Assembly (NCBI GenBank): GCA_963851405.1
Contig: CAWKPB010000001.1
Span: forward strand, 279,707-343,706
DNA: 64,000 nucleotides
Origin: an uncultured Actinomycetota bacterium
GTDB lineage: Bacteria; Actinomycetota; Actinomycetes; DATJPE01
Direction: 5' to 3'
Shown here: in pieces, positions 40,533 through 53,041 of the stretch
How positions within the stretch are numbered: position 1 is the first letter of the stretch
How the letters are laid out: every line of letters starts with the position of its first letter
Notes under the pieces: model-generated
What the model was told of the DNA's origin: nothing
What the model saw: the letters and a program-made list of their open reading frames with translations, nothing else
Databases searched by the model: none
Position numbers and translations under genes: made by a program

Positions 40533-41495
40533 GTGGCGGGAATGACTAGGTGTCGGATCGGGGCGCGTGCGGTCGGCACGGTGGGGGCCACTGCACTGGC
40601 CGTTGCCGCGGCGCTGTTTGGAGCTGCCCAGGCGCAGGCTGAACCGTCGACTGAAGCGCCGGCTGGGGCAGCCACGACGGCACTACCGGCTCCGGTGCCC
40701 TGCGCGCCCACCTGTTGGCGCCCCGATCTCGACACGAGCTGGCAGTGGAAGCTCAATGCCCCCCCGACCAGGAAGCAGATCGACTCGACCAAGGTCGAAC
40801 TGTGGGATGTCGACGGCTTCGAGACCACGACATCGAAGGTCGCCCGGATCCGGCAGCACAGCGCTGCGGTCTGCTACCTCTCGGCCGGGTCCTACGAGGC
40901 TGGCAGACCCGATGCCACGGACTTCCCAGGAGCTGCCCAAATCCGCAAGAAGACAGGTGCGCACGAAACTCGCGAGATCATCGGCTGGAAGCTGGACGGG
41001 TGGAACGAGCGCTGGCTGGACATCCGGGGGATCAACAAGGCGGGCAGCTCGCTCGCCGCGATCATGACGGCCAGGATCGAGATGTGTCGGGACAAGGGTT
41101 TCGACGGAATCGAGTTCGACAATGTCGACGGGTACACCAACAAGACCGGGTTCCCGCTGACCGGCAAGCATCAGCTCAGCTTCAACATTTGGCTCGCCAA
41201 CACGGCGCACGCCAACGGCCTCGCAGCGATCCTCAAGAACGACGTCGGCCAGATCCCACGGCTGCTGCCGTATTTCGATGCTGCGCTGAACGAACAGTGC
41301 TGGCAGTACCGCGAGTGCACGACCAAACGGAACGGAGCCTTCGGCTACGACCAGTTCGTCGACGCGGGCAAGGCCGTCTTCGGTGTCGAGTACCAGGGAT
41401 CCCGGCAGTCCTTCTGCCCGAAGGCGAACGCGCAGAACTTCAACTGGCTGGAGAAACGGATGGCCCTGGGGAGTTGGCGGAAGTCCTGCCGATGA
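40533..41495 (+). CDS. Secreted glycoside hydrolase family 114-like protein (endo-alpha-1,4-polygalactosaminidase-like)
   Basis: A signal peptide is followed by a TIM-barrel-like domain with WQWKL, YLSAGSYE and GFDGIEFDNVD motifs characteristic of GH114/PF03659. Confidence 0.55.
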   Translation: MAGMTRCRIGARAVGTVGATALAVAAALFGAAQAQAEPSTEAPAGAATTALPAPVPCAPTCWRPDLDTSWQWKLNAPPTRKQIDSTKVELWDVDGFETTTSKVARIRQHSAAVCYLSAGSYEAGRPDATDFPGAAQIRKKTGAHETREIIGWKLDGWNERWLDIRGINKAGSSLAAIMTARIEMCRDKGFDGIEFDNVDGYTNKTGFPLTGKHQLSFNIWLANTAHANGLAAILKNDVGQIPRLLPYFDAALNEQCWQYRECTTKRNGAFGYDQFVDAGKAVFGVEYQGSRQSFCPKANAQNFNWLEKRMALGSWRKSCR

Positions 41496-41618
41496 CCGGC
41501 CACCACCGTTCTGGTGTGTCTCGCGAACAGACCAAATACCGAATCACCCTGCTGGGCTTGGGGAGCCCATGGATCTCGATGCGGTGCGGAGGACGGTCGT
41601 TGCGGCGGTCGGGGCGAT

Positions 41619-42764
41619 CTAGTCCGCGGGCAGCGGTCGCAGGTCAGGGTCTGGCGTCGCCGCGGCGAGTTGCCCGCAGGCACCGTCGATCTCGCGACCT
41701 CGGGTGTCTCGGACGGTGACCGGCACACCGTGGGACTCAAGACCCCGCACGAAGGCACGTTCGTCTTCGCGACGCGACGCCGTCCACTTGGACCCTGGGG
41801 TTGGATTGAGCGGGATCAAGTTGACGTGGACGAGGTGGCCCCGGAGCAATCGGCCCAATAGGTCGGCACGCCAAGCCTGGTCGTTGATGTCCCGGATCAG
41901 CGCGTACTCGATCGAGACGCGCCGTCCCGTCGCCGCGCCGTACGCCCAGGCGGCCTCTAGCACCTCCCCCACCTTCCAGCGGGTGTTGACCGGGACCAGC
42001 TCGTCGCGCAATTCATCGTCCGGCGCATGCAGGGATACGGCCAGCCGGACCGGGATCCCCTCCGCAGCCAGATCATGGATCCTTGGGACGAGCCCGACGG
42101 TGGAAACCGTGATGCCCCGCGCGGACATGCCAAGCCCGTCCGGGCTGGGCGCCGTCAGGCGGCGAACCGAATCCCGGACCGACCGGTAGTTCGCGAGGGG
42201 CTCACCCATACCCATGAACACAACGTTGGATACGCGCCCCACGCCTCCCGGCACCTGATCTCGAGCCAGCGCCCGCGCACCGGCCACGACCTGCTCAACG
42301 ATCTCGCCGGTCGACAGATTGCGGGTCAGGCCAGCTTGGCCGGTGGCGCAAAAAGGGCAGTTCATCCCGCAGCCGGCCTGCGAGGACACGCACATCGTCA
42401 CGCGATCGGGGTAGCGCATCAGGACGGACTCGACGAGGGTCCCATCGAACAACCGCCACAGGGCCTTGACGGTCATACCGTCGTCGCAGCTGATGGTCCT
42501 GACGGGAGTGAGCAACGCCGGTGTCAGCGCCTCAGCCAGCGGTTCCCGCAAAGGGGCGGGGAGATCGGTCCAGGCCTGCGGATCGTCCTCGAGGTGGCCG
42601 AAGTAGTGCGTGGACACCTGCCCGGCTCGGTACGGCTTCTCGCCCAACTCTTCGACGACGAGGCGCCGCTCGTCCATCGACAGATCGGCCAGGTGGCGCG
42701 GCGGCTTGGCACGCCGAGGGGAAGCAAAGACCAACTCCCCCGGCGCGGGCGGCGAGGTTGTCAC
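41619..42764 (-). CDS. rlmN: 23S rRNA (A2503 C2) / tRNA (A37 C2) methyltransferase RlmN
   Basis: The radical-SAM motif CGMNCPFC and RlmN family conservation (GMGEPLAN) are present in 381 aa. Confidence 0.85.
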   Translation of the reverse strand: MTTSPPAPGELVFASPRRAKPPRHLADLSMDERRLVVEELGEKPYRAGQVSTHYFGHLEDDPQAWTDLPAPLREPLAEALTPALLTPVRTISCDDGMTVKALWRLFDGTLVESVLMRYPDRVTMCVSSQAGCGMNCPFCATGQAGLTRNLSTGEIVEQVVAGARALARDQVPGGVGRVSNVVFMGMGEPLANYRSVRDSVRRLTAPSPDGLGMSARGITVSTVGLVPRIHDLAAEGIPVRLAVSLHAPDDELRDELVPVNTRWKVGEVLEAAWAYGAATGRRVSIEYALIRDINDQAWRADLLGRLLRGHLVHVNLIPLNPTPGSKWTASRREDERAFVRGLESHGVPVTVRDTRGREIDGACGQLAAATPDPDLRPLPAD

Positions 42765-43612
42765 GGCCCGACGAAGGCGCTCAGGAGCAACCAGACCACG
42801 GGTGCCGAGAGCAGCAACGAATCGAGACGATCCATCATCCCCCCGTGCCCGGGCAACAGCCGACCCATGTCCTTCACGCCGATGTCGCGTTTGATCATCG
42901 ACTCACAAAGGTCGCCGACGACGGCCGTGCACACGACGGCCAAACCAAGCAACAGGCCCTCCCACCACGTCGCCTCCAACAGCAGCGGCAGAGCCAGCGC
43001 GCCAGCAGCGCACGAGAACAGCACCGAGCCCGCGAAGCCCTCCCACGACTTCTTGGGAGAGATGGCAGGGGCCATGGGGTGCTTGCCGAACAACACCCCT
43101 AGCGCGTAGCCACCCACGTCGCTGGCGACCACGACGAAGATGAACGTGATGATCCGCTCGGCTCCTTGGGGCTGAGTGACCATCAGCACCGCGAACCCCG
43201 CCAGCAGGGGCAGGTAGGACAAGACGAACAACCCGGCCGAGACGTCGCGAAGATATCCATCCGCACCGTCGAAAAGCCGCCACACGAGCACGGCGAGAAC
43301 CGACAGGGCCATCGCCACCACGAGACCATCGGTGCCGGAGGCGTACGCACCCGCGTACATGACCGTTCCTCCGATGAGGATCGGCCACAGGGGTGGATGG
43401 ATCTCCGCCGTCCCCAGCGCCGTGCACAGCTCCCAGGCGGCGATCCCCAGCGCGACCGCAACGAGGAGGGTGAACGCCGCCGGGTTCAGCAACGACAACA
43501 ACACCAGGAGAGCGAGTCCGAGCCCGACGCCGATGGCTAGGGGCAGGTTGCGGCCAGCCCGCGATGAGGACCCGGGCGTGGTCGCGGCAGAGCTCATCGG
43601 ATCGGCGGCCAT
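42761..43612 (-). CDS. cdsA: Phosphatidate cytidylyltransferase
   Basis: It is a 283-aa multi-pass membrane protein with the C-terminal CTP-transferase signature. It overlaps rlmN by 4 nt. Confidence 0.8.
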   Translation of the reverse strand: MAADPMSSAATTPGSSSRAGRNLPLAIGVGLGLALLVLLSLLNPAAFTLLVAVALGIAAWELCTALGTAEIHPPLWPILIGGTVMYAGAYASGTDGLVVAMALSVLAVLVWRLFDGADGYLRDVSAGLFVLSYLPLLAGFAVLMVTQPQGAERIITFIFVVVASDVGGYALGVLFGKHPMAPAISPKKSWEGFAGSVLFSCAAGALALPLLLEATWWEGLLLGLAVVCTAVVGDLCESMIKRDIGVKDMGRLLPGHGGMMDRLDSLLLSAPVVWLLLSAFVGP

Positions 43613-43615
43613 GGA

Positions 43616-44173
43616 TCAGACCTCGAGCAGCTCGGCTTCCTTGTGCTTGAGCAACTCGTCGATCTGGGCCACATACTTGTGCGTGACATCCTCGAGTTCC
43701 TTCTCCGCTCGGTGGACGTCGTCCTCACCGGCCTCGCCGTCCTTCGCCAGGCGCTCGAGTTCCTCCTTGGCATGTCGGCGGATGTTGCGGATGGACACTC
43801 TGGCGTCCTCAGCCTTGTGCTTGGCCACCTTGATGTATTCGCGTCGACGTTCCTCGGTGAGTTGCGGAAACACCACGCGGATGATGCTTCCGTCGTTCGA
43901 CGGGTTGACCCCAAGATCACTGTCGCGGATCGATTTCTCAATGGCCGCCAGGCTGCCCTTGTCATAGGGGGAAACGATGGCCATCCGGGCCTCTGGGACC
44001 TGAAAGGAGGCCAGCTGCGTGATCGGCGTGGCAGCGCCGTAGTAGTCGACGACCAGCTTGTTGAACATCGCCGGGTGGGCCCGGCCGGTCCGGATGGCGG
44101 CGAAGTCATCCTTGGCCACGGTGACGGCCTTGTCCATCTTTTCCTCGGCTTCGAGCAGCGTCTCGTCGATCAC
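43616..44173 (-). CDS. frr: Ribosome recycling factor
   Basis: It is 185 aa with strong Frr similarity. Confidence 0.9.
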   Translation of the reverse strand: MIDETLLEAEEKMDKAVTVAKDDFAAIRTGRAHPAMFNKLVVDYYGAATPITQLASFQVPEARMAIVSPYDKGSLAAIEKSIRDSDLGVNPSNDGSIIRVVFPQLTEERRREYIKVAKHKAEDARVSIRNIRRHAKEELERLAKDGEAGEDDVHRAEKELEDVTHKYVAQIDELLKHKEAELLEV

Positions 44174-44225
44174 CGGGCGCTCCTAGGTCGAGTTGGGTCA
44201 AGCGGCGGGCGCCGCGCTTGCGTGG

Positions 44226-45020
<795 letters not shown>

Positions 45021-45908
45021 TCAGCCCTCGAGCTGCTCGCCCACCTCGAAGCGAGCAAAGCGGGTCACCGTGATGCTTGCTTCGTCGAGAACCGCCTGGA
45101 CGGTCTTCTTCGAATCCAGTACCGATGACTGCTCGGTGAGGACGACATCCTTGAAGAACCCGTTGACCCGCCCCTCAATGATCTTCGGAAGCGCGGCTTC
45201 CGGCTTGCCTTCCTCGCGCGCCGTAGCTTCCGCGATGCGTCGCTCGGACTCGACCGTCGCGGCCGGAACCTCGTCTCGGGTCACGAACTGGGGGCGCATC
45301 GCCGCGATCTGCATCGCCGTCGAACGCGCGGTGGTCGCGTCGTCTCCGGCGAAGCTCACGAGAACCCCGACCTGAGGGGGCAGATCCGACGCCTTCTTGT
45401 GCAGGTAGGTGGCCACGCGACCGTCGAGGACGACGTAGCGCTTGAGTTCCAGCTTCTCCCCGATCACCGCCGAGAGCGCCGTGATCGCATCCTGGACCGA
45501 CTGGCCATCCTTCATCGACTCGGCGAGCAAGTCGTCGAGCGATTCGGGTGTTGAGGCGGCCGTGAGCGCCACGATGTCGCCGGCCAGGGTCTGGAACTGC
45601 TCGTTCTTGGCGACGAAGTCCGTCTCGCACCCCAACTCGACCATGGCACCCTCGGCGGCCGCGATCAGCCCATTACCGGCCGTTCGCTCCGCTCCACGCT
45701 TTTGCACCTTGGCCGCGCCCTTAATGCGAAGCGCCTCGGTGGCTGCCTCGAAATCTCCGTCGCTCTCCTCGAGTGCACGCTTGGCATCCATCATCCCGGC
45801 GCCGGTGGAGTCGCGAAGCTTCTTGACATCCGCTGCGGTGAAGCTGGCCATGGCTTTGCTCAATCCTTCGTCTCGATCGTGCGTTGAATGGCCCATTTCG
45901 AGGGCCAC
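45021..45908 (-). CDS. tsf: Elongation factor Ts
   Basis: An N-terminal UBA-like domain ([24 protein letters not shown]) is present. The start may lie a few codons inside the longest ORF. Confidence 0.85.
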   Translation of the reverse strand: MALEMGHSTHDRDEGLSKAMASFTAADVKKLRDSTGAGMMDAKRALEESDGDFEAATEALRIKGAAKVQKRGAERTAGNGLIAAAEGAMVELGCETDFVAKNEQFQTLAGDIVALTAASTPESLDDLLAESMKDGQSVQDAITALSAVIGEKLELKRYVVLDGRVATYLHKKASDLPPQVGVLVSFAGDDATTARSTAMQIAAMRPQFVTRDEVPAATVESERRIAEATAREEGKPEAALPKIIEGRVNGFFKDVVLTEQSSVLDSKKTVQAVLDEASITVTRFARFEVGEQLEG

Positions 45909-45911
45909 AGA

Positions 45912-46809
45912 TCAGGCTGACGGCGCCGCCGGGTCAACCACTGCAGCCGCGGTGGCTTCGATCGGCGTTTCGGCTCCGGCATCTTCGGCCGGTGCGACGA
46001 TCTCCTCGGCAGGCTTGTCGGCGGCGCCACCAGTTGTCAGGAGTTCACGCTCCCAGTCGGCCAGCGGTTCATCGGTCGCCAACTCGGCTCCGGCCGGCTT
46101 CTCATCCTCCGAACCGGCACCCACGCGAGCCATCAGTCCATCGGCCACCGCGTCGGCGATGACCCTGGTCAGCAGACCGACGGAGCGGATTGCGTCATCG
46201 TTGCCGGGGATCTTGTACTCGACCTCGTCGGGGTCGCAGTTGGTGTCGAGAATGGCCACCACCGGGATCCCCAATTTGTGCGCTTCGCCGACGGCGATGT
46301 GCTCCTTCTTGGTGTCCACGATCCACACCGCGCTGGGCACCCGGCTCATGTCGCGGATCCCGCCCAGGATCTTGTCGAGCTTGTTCTTCTCGCGCTCAAG
46401 GACCAGGAGTTCCTTCTTGGTCATGCCCGAACCAGCCACGTCGGTGAAGTCGATGGTCTCGAGTTCCTTCAGCCGCTGAAGACGCTTATAGACGGTCTGG
46501 AAGTTGGTGAGCATTCCGCCCAACCAACGCTGGTTGACATACGGCATGCCGACGCGCGTCGCCTGCTCGGCGATGGCTTCCTGAGCCTGCTTCTTGGTGC
46601 CCACAAACAGCACGGAGCCACCATGGGCCACCGTCTCCTTGATGAACTCATAGGCACGGTCGATGTAGGACAGCGACTGCTGCAGGTCGATGATGTAGAT
46701 GCCATTGCGCTCGGTGAAGATGAATCGCTTCATCTTGGGGTTCCAGCGACGGGTCTGATGTCCGAAGTGGACGCCGCTCTCGAGCAGCTGCTTCATGGTG
46801 ACGACGGCC
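45912..46809 (-). CDS. rpsB: 30S ribosomal protein S2
   Basis: ATG 46809 is proposed ([27 protein letters not shown]...); the longest ORF reaches 47018. An Ala/Glu-rich C-terminal tail follows. Confidence 0.85.
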
Positions 46810-47113
46810 ATAGCCGAAGCACACTCCCTCATAGCGTTCACGGCCCACGGGCGGTGAACGCGCTCTCGGTTCTTCGTCGCGTACGGGTTGTACACGACGC
46901 CTGATGCCCCACACGACCACGACCCTGAACGCGCACCGACGTTCCGATGACTGCGCTCAGAGACCGAGCGGCCTCTCGGCGAACCGAGGAAGGCATGCGA
47001 ATTCGGCTGGTTGCCCAACCGTGGGACGAGTCTACTTCATCCACAAGCCCTCCCCGATCCACAGGCTGGCCGGGGGCACGGTGCCCGCGCGCCGCTTCGT
47101 CCAGGCTCATCGG

Positions 47114-47704
47114 ATGCCCCCCACCGGCCCTCCTCTCGTCGCCTCGCTGCATCGTCGCCTGCGCATCCTTGGATGGGCGGGCCTGGCGATTCTCGGAGCG
47201 CAGGCAGCGACGGCTCCGGCCTCCTCGGCCCAGCCGGTTCCGCCTGACCACACGGTGTGGACAAGGCCGGTGGGGGGCGGCCCCGGCGGCGCTGCGATCC
47301 TTCGCGGCTTCGACCCGCCGACGGAGCCCTGGCTCGCCGGCCATCGCGGCGTCGACCTCGCGGCTGATCCCTATTCCCGGGTCCAGGCCGCGGCCACGGG
47401 CACAGTGGCGTTCGCTGGCCCTTTGAATGGGCGCGGAGTCGTCTCGATCGCTCACTCGGACGGCCTCCGCACCACCTACGAACCCGTAGCTGCCCTAGTC
47501 TCCGTCGGCGCCTCGGTCATCGGCGGCGAGGTGATCGGGCTGCTCGAGCCACTGACCGCGCACTGTGGCCGCTCGTGTCTGCATTGGGGGCTTCGGCGGG
47601 GCGAGGACTACCTCAACCCGCTCAGCGTGCTGGCGCGGTCCCCACCGGTGCTACTGCCGTATGGACCACCCCTGATGCGCCCGTGGCTGGCCAGCCTGAC
47701 CTGA
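47114..47704 (+). CDS. Secreted M23-family peptidase (peptidoglycan endopeptidase)
   Basis: A signal peptide is followed by a LytM-type domain (HRGVDL, HLHWGLR motifs). The start at ATG 47114 avoids overlap with the rpsB start region. Confidence 0.7.
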   Translation: MPPTGPPLVASLHRRLRILGWAGLAILGAQAATAPASSAQPVPPDHTVWTRPVGGGPGGAAILRGFDPPTEPWLAGHRGVDLAADPYSRVQAAATGTVAFAGPLNGRGVVSIAHSDGLRTTYEPVAALVSVGASVIGGEVIGLLEPLTAHCGRSCLHWGLRRGEDYLNPLSVLARSPPVLLPYGPPLMRPWLASLT

Positions 47705-47745
47705 TCGCGCCTGCGCCGGGTCCCTCGGCCCGATCACCGACCCGC

Positions 47746-48032
47746 TTACACGACGACGAAGTGCTCGACCTCCGGAAAGGGGTCGTAGAACGGGTGCAAC
47801 AGCCGCGACCACTCCGCATAGCGGTCCGAGCCTCGAAACCCCTGGACATGGGATTCGACGCTGTCCCACTCCACCAAGAGGAGGTACCGACCAGACCCGG
47901 ACACCCGCCGCAGCAAGCGAAGCCCCTCAAACCCAGGGGTCGCCTCGATCAACGCCCGTGCCTGGGCGAAAGCCGCCTCGAAATCCTGGGCGCGATCCGC
48001 CTGGACGGCGAGCACTGCGTGCTCGAGCACGG

Positions 48033-48036
<4 letters not shown>
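47746..48036 (-). CDS. Antibiotic-biosynthesis-monooxygenase (ABM) domain protein
   Basis: It is 96 aa with a ferredoxin-like ABM fold. It overlaps the sigma factor stop by 4 nt. Confidence 0.6.
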
Positions 48037-48966
<930 letters not shown>

Positions 48967-48992
<26 letters not shown>

Positions 48993-49914
48993 ACGTGGAC
49001 TTCAGCCTCTCGACCGAGACATGGGTATAGATCTGAGTGGTAGCGAGCGTAGCGTGGCCCAGCAGCTCTTGAACGGACCTCAGGTCGGCGCCCCCCTCGA
49101 GCAGATGGGTCGCCGCAGAGTGTCTCAGACCGTGGGGGCCAAGGTCGGGAGAGCCTTCGACGTCGGCGAGCCGCGCGTGCACGAGTGAGCGAACCACACG
49201 CTGGTCGAGACGCCCGCCGCGCGCCCCAAGGAAAAGGGCCGGGCCGCTGACCGCGGTCGCGAGGCTGGGCCGGCCCGCACCGAGCCAGTCATCGACGGCT
49301 CGCAGAGCCGGCGCCCCGATCGGCACGGTGCGCTGTTTGCGGCCCTTCCCCAGCACGCGAAGGGTGCGCCGCCCATGATCGATGTCGTCGATGTCGAGCG
49401 CGACCAGTTCACCGACGCGTAGACCCGAGGCATACAGGACCTCGAGGACCGCCCGGTCACGTAGGCCCACCGGAGACCCGTCGTCGGCGCCGACTGCGGC
49501 CACCCGCATCAACTCGGCTGCCTGGTCTTGGCGGAGTACCCCCGGAAGCGCGCTCCTGGCCCGAGGGACGCCGAGCAGCTGGCCAGGGTCGCTACGCAGA
49601 CGCTGTGTGCGAAAAGCCCACGCCGTGAAGGCTCGAGCCGCGGCGGCGCGGCGGGCGAGGGAAGTGCGAGCCGCGCCGTCGGCCGCCAACGTGCCGAGCC
49701 AGGCACGCATCACCCGAACATCGAGCTCGTGCAGCTGCGTACCGCCGACACCAGCGAGGTGCCGCAACAGCGCCTCGATATCCGAGGCGTAGGCCCGAAC
49801 CGTGTGCGGGGAGCGATCCCGTTCAATCGTCAGGTGATGCACGAAGACGGTCAACGCCGCACGCAAGTCAGGGGGCAGTCCGGCCGCGGTTTGGTCCATC
49901 GGCTGATTCCCCAC
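48967..49914 (-). CDS. xerC: Tyrosine recombinase XerC
   Basis: The R..H..R..Y catalytic residues are present ([39 protein letters not shown]) in 315 aa. Confidence 0.85.
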
Positions 49915-49944
49915 CGTGACAGCCTGACACGAGGGGACCGCGCG

Positions 49945-51063
49945 TCAAGGACCGCGTCGGCGGGTCGGACGGGACCGTGACACGGACGACCCGGCCACCT
50001 CGATCAGGCCCGCAAGCAGCAGCTCTCGGAGGGCGTCGCCCGTCGCGGCCCGCGGCAGCCGGGCCAGGGTGTCCAGATCCGCCAGCGGCAGCCGGTCCAC
50101 GGATGGCAGGGCCTCGTAGACCGCGAGCGCATCGGGGGTCAGCAGGTCCGTGGCTCGCTGCACTCCGCGTCGGGTCGGTTCATCGCACTCCCCCAGCGGG
50201 GCGACGATGCGCACCACGTCTTCGGCGTCGCACACGAGTTCAGCCAAGCGCGAGCGGATCACCTCGTGACATCCAGCCGACAGGGCGCTGGTGGCCGGGC
50301 CGGGCACAGCCATCACGGGACGCAGCAGGGCGTGCGCATGCTCAAGGGTGTTGCGGGCGCCACTGCGCAGCGCCATCTCCACCGCGACCGTGCCGATCCC
50401 GAGGGCCGCGATCAGTCGGTTGCGTTCCAAGAATCGGCTGCGTGAAGGCGTCTCCCCCATCGGCAATTCACTCACCACCAGGCCCTCGTCGGCGATCCGC
50501 GCGAGTAGCGCGTGGTGTCCCCTGGGGTAGGCGTCGTCTACTCCTCCGGCGAGGACGGCGATGGTGCCTCCGCCCATCGCGAGACAGCCTCGGTGAGCGG
50601 CTCCGTCGATGCCATAGGCAGCACCCGAAACGACCACCCACCCCAGATCGGCCAGGCCGGAAGCCAACTCGGTAGCCACGTGGTCCCCGTACGCAGTCGA
50701 CGCCCTGGCACCAACGACGGCCACCGCTCGATCAGCGGGCAGCGCCAAAGGTCCGCGCGCCCACAGGGCATAGGGAGCTCGACCGCAGCGTGCGAGACCG
50801 TCCAGGGCGCGTGCCGGCCAATCCGGGTCGCCCGGGCAGATCAGCCTGGCTCCAACAGCCGCGGCCCGTTGGTCTTCGACGTCCAGATTTGCCCCGCGGA
50901 CCCTCATCGACTGCCGACCGTCGCCGATCGGTGGATGGCCGCGGCGCAGTGCCTCAACAGCCTCGACCGGACCGAGAGACCCCACCAGCGCCGTGAGGCG
51001 ACGATCGCCGGGCTCGCCTGCGTGGAGCAACGTTTGTCGAGCCCGCCGCTCATCAGCATTCAC
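49945..51063 (-). CDS. dprA: DNA processing protein DprA (Smf)
   Basis: A Rossmann-like DprA domain is present in 372 aa. It overlaps comM by 4 nt. Confidence 0.8.
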   Translation of the reverse strand: MNADERRARQTLLHAGEPGDRRLTALVGSLGPVEAVEALRRGHPPIGDGRQSMRVRGANLDVEDQRAAAVGARLICPGDPDWPARALDGLARCGRAPYALWARGPLALPADRAVAVVGARASTAYGDHVATELASGLADLGWVVVSGAAYGIDGAAHRGCLAMGGGTIAVLAGGVDDAYPRGHHALLARIADEGLVVSELPMGETPSRSRFLERNRLIAALGIGTVAVEMALRSGARNTLEHAHALLRPVMAVPGPATSALSAGCHEVIRSRLAELVCDAEDVVRIVAPLGECDEPTRRGVQRATDLLTPDALAVYEALPSVDRLPLADLDTLARLPRAATGDALRELLLAGLIEVAGSSVSRSRPTRRRGP

Positions 51064-52583
51064 GCGGCCCCCCTGATGGTTCCGAGCCGGAAACCCAGGG
51101 CCGCCGACACATCCTGTTCACCGGGAACCGGCCGGTCTGCCAGGTCGGCAAGGGTCCACGCGACGCGGATGATCCGGTCGATCCCGCGGGCGCTCAGCGT
51201 CGATCCACTGATACGCAGGCGCCGCCGCAGCTCAGGCGGGAACGGGAAGTGACGGCGCAAGTACGGCCCCGGAACCTCCGCGTTGAGTGTCCATGGCGTT
51301 TCGACCAGTCGAGCCGCCATCCGGTCCCGGGCAGCCATCACTCGGTCGCGCACCGCTGCCGACGGCTCCCCGGGGCCGCCCTCCAGCAGCGTGGCCTGGG
51401 CCACATCGTGGACCGCCACGTGTAGATCGATCCGGTCGAGCAAAGGCCCTGAGAGACGGGCGGCATAGCGTCGAACCTGCATCGGCGAGCACTGGCAGTT
51501 GGCTGATCGATCCATCGATCGCCCGCACGGACACGGGTTGGCCGCGAGCACGAGTTGAAACCGAGCCGGGTAAGTCACCGAGGTGAACGAGCGCGCCAGC
51601 GTCACCTGGCCCGACTCCAGCGGTTGCCGGAGCGACTCCAGCGCGCCGGACCCGAACTCCGGGGCTTCGTCGAGGAACAAGACGCCGCGGTGGGCCAACG
51701 ACACGGCCCCCGGTCTGGCCACCCCGGGACCACCGCCTACGAGCGCCGCCGAAGACGCATTGTGGTGGGGGGCCCGAAACGGCGGGCGCGTCACCAGCGG
51801 CTGCCCCGACTCCAGCAGCCCGGCGACCGAGTGAACGGCAGTGACCTCGAGCGCATGCTGCTCGGTCAGCGGGGGCAGGATCGAGGGCAACCGCTCGGCG
51901 AGCAGGGTCTTCCCCGCACCAGGCGGTCCCTGGAGAAGGAGGTGATGGGCACCGGCGGCGGCGATTTCGAGCGCCTGGCGGCCTTCGGGTTGACCGACCA
52001 CGTCTCTTAGGTCCGGCAATTCCCGGGCGGGAAGCAGTACCCCCCCGGTGTCCAAGGTTGGCCACTCGTCCTCGCCCCGCAGTGCGGCGATCACTTCCCG
52101 AAGATGACCCACCGCCCTGACCTCGATACCTGGCACCAGGGCCGCCTCCGCGGCGTTGGCGATCGGCACCACCACCTGAGTGCATCCGACGGCGCGAGCT
52201 GCGAGCACGCAGGGAAGCACACCCGGAACGCCACGCACACCGCCGTCGAGTCCAAGTTCGCCCAGACAGACCAGCTCGGCCGCGCCAGCAGCTGGCAGTT
52301 CGGCGCTCGCCGCGAGCACACCGACAGCCAAGGCCACATCGAATCCGGTGCCGTGCTTGGCGATCGAGGCCGGTGACAAGTTGATGGTCACCCGGGTGTC
52401 GGGAAACGCCACGCCACTGTTGGTCAAAGCGGCCCGAACTCGCGCGCGCGCCTCGTTCAGGGCAGCATCGGGCAGCCCGACGAGCACCACCGCAGGCAAC
52501 CCGCGACCCAGATCAACCTCGACCTGAATGACCTGGCCGCGGACCCCGACCAAAGCGACCGAGCGGGTATGCCCCAGTGCCAC
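51060..52583 (-). CDS. comM: Mg-chelatase-like AAA+ protein ComM/YifB
   Basis: An N-terminal Lon-like domain and an AAA+ domain with Walker A (GPPGAGKT) are present in 507 aa. Confidence 0.85.
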   Translation of the reverse strand: MALGHTRSVALVGVRGQVIQVEVDLGRGLPAVVLVGLPDAALNEARARVRAALTNSGVAFPDTRVTINLSPASIAKHGTGFDVALAVGVLAASAELPAAGAAELVCLGELGLDGGVRGVPGVLPCVLAARAVGCTQVVVPIANAAEAALVPGIEVRAVGHLREVIAALRGEDEWPTLDTGGVLLPARELPDLRDVVGQPEGRQALEIAAAGAHHLLLQGPPGAGKTLLAERLPSILPPLTEQHALEVTAVHSVAGLLESGQPLVTRPPFRAPHHNASSAALVGGGPGVARPGAVSLAHRGVLFLDEAPEFGSGALESLRQPLESGQVTLARSFTSVTYPARFQLVLAANPCPCGRSMDRSANCQCSPMQVRRYAARLSGPLLDRIDLHVAVHDVAQATLLEGGPGEPSAAVRDRVMAARDRMAARLVETPWTLNAEVPGPYLRRHFPFPPELRRRLRISGSTLSARGIDRIIRVAWTLADLADRPVPGEQDVSAALGFRLGTIRGAA

Positions 52584-52940
52584 TCAGATCACTCCCTGTC
52601 GATGGTCAACGTGGGCCGCTCCGTGGCGTGCTGAGTGCACCGCGATCACGTCGAAACGAACGGCTCGTGGATGTGCCTGATGGGCCTGCATCCACCGCGT
52701 CGCTGCGATCCGAAGGCGATCGGCCTTGCGTCCGGTCACTGCTTCCACCGGAGATCCGTGGCGGTGGCCGCTACGGGTCTTGACCTCGCAGACGACCAGC
52801 ACGTCGTCCTCACGAGCAATAATGTCGATCTCGCCTTCACGGCAGCGCCAGTTGCGCCCCAGAACCACCAGCCCCTGCTCGTGTAGATAGCGCGCCGCCA
52901 CGTCCTCGCCGTACCGCCCTAGGGCATCGCTGGCCCGCAC
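52584..52940 (-). CDS. yraN: UPF0102 family endonuclease YraN
   Basis: It is 118 aa with the conserved GEIDIIA motif. Confidence 0.75.
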   Translation of the reverse strand: MRASDALGRYGEDVAARYLHEQGLVVLGRNWRCREGEIDIIAREDDVLVVCEVKTRSGHRHGSPVEAVTGRKADRLRIAATRWMQAHQAHPRAVRFDVIAVHSARHGAAHVDHRQGVI

Positions 52941-53041
52941 ACGACCACCTCCACGTTCCAGCCTGGACGAGGTCGGGGTTCGGGCTCGGGCGGGCGAAAC
53001 CAGCTGTGGACGAACGACGGGCTGTGGAGCGAAAGCGCCCG

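Noticed and set aside
45912-47018. Longest ORF for rpsB (368 aa) starting at TTG 47018
   Set aside because: The S2 homology begins at [19 protein letters not shown] (ATG 46809). The upstream 69 codons are non-homologous and would overlap the divergent M23 gene promoter.
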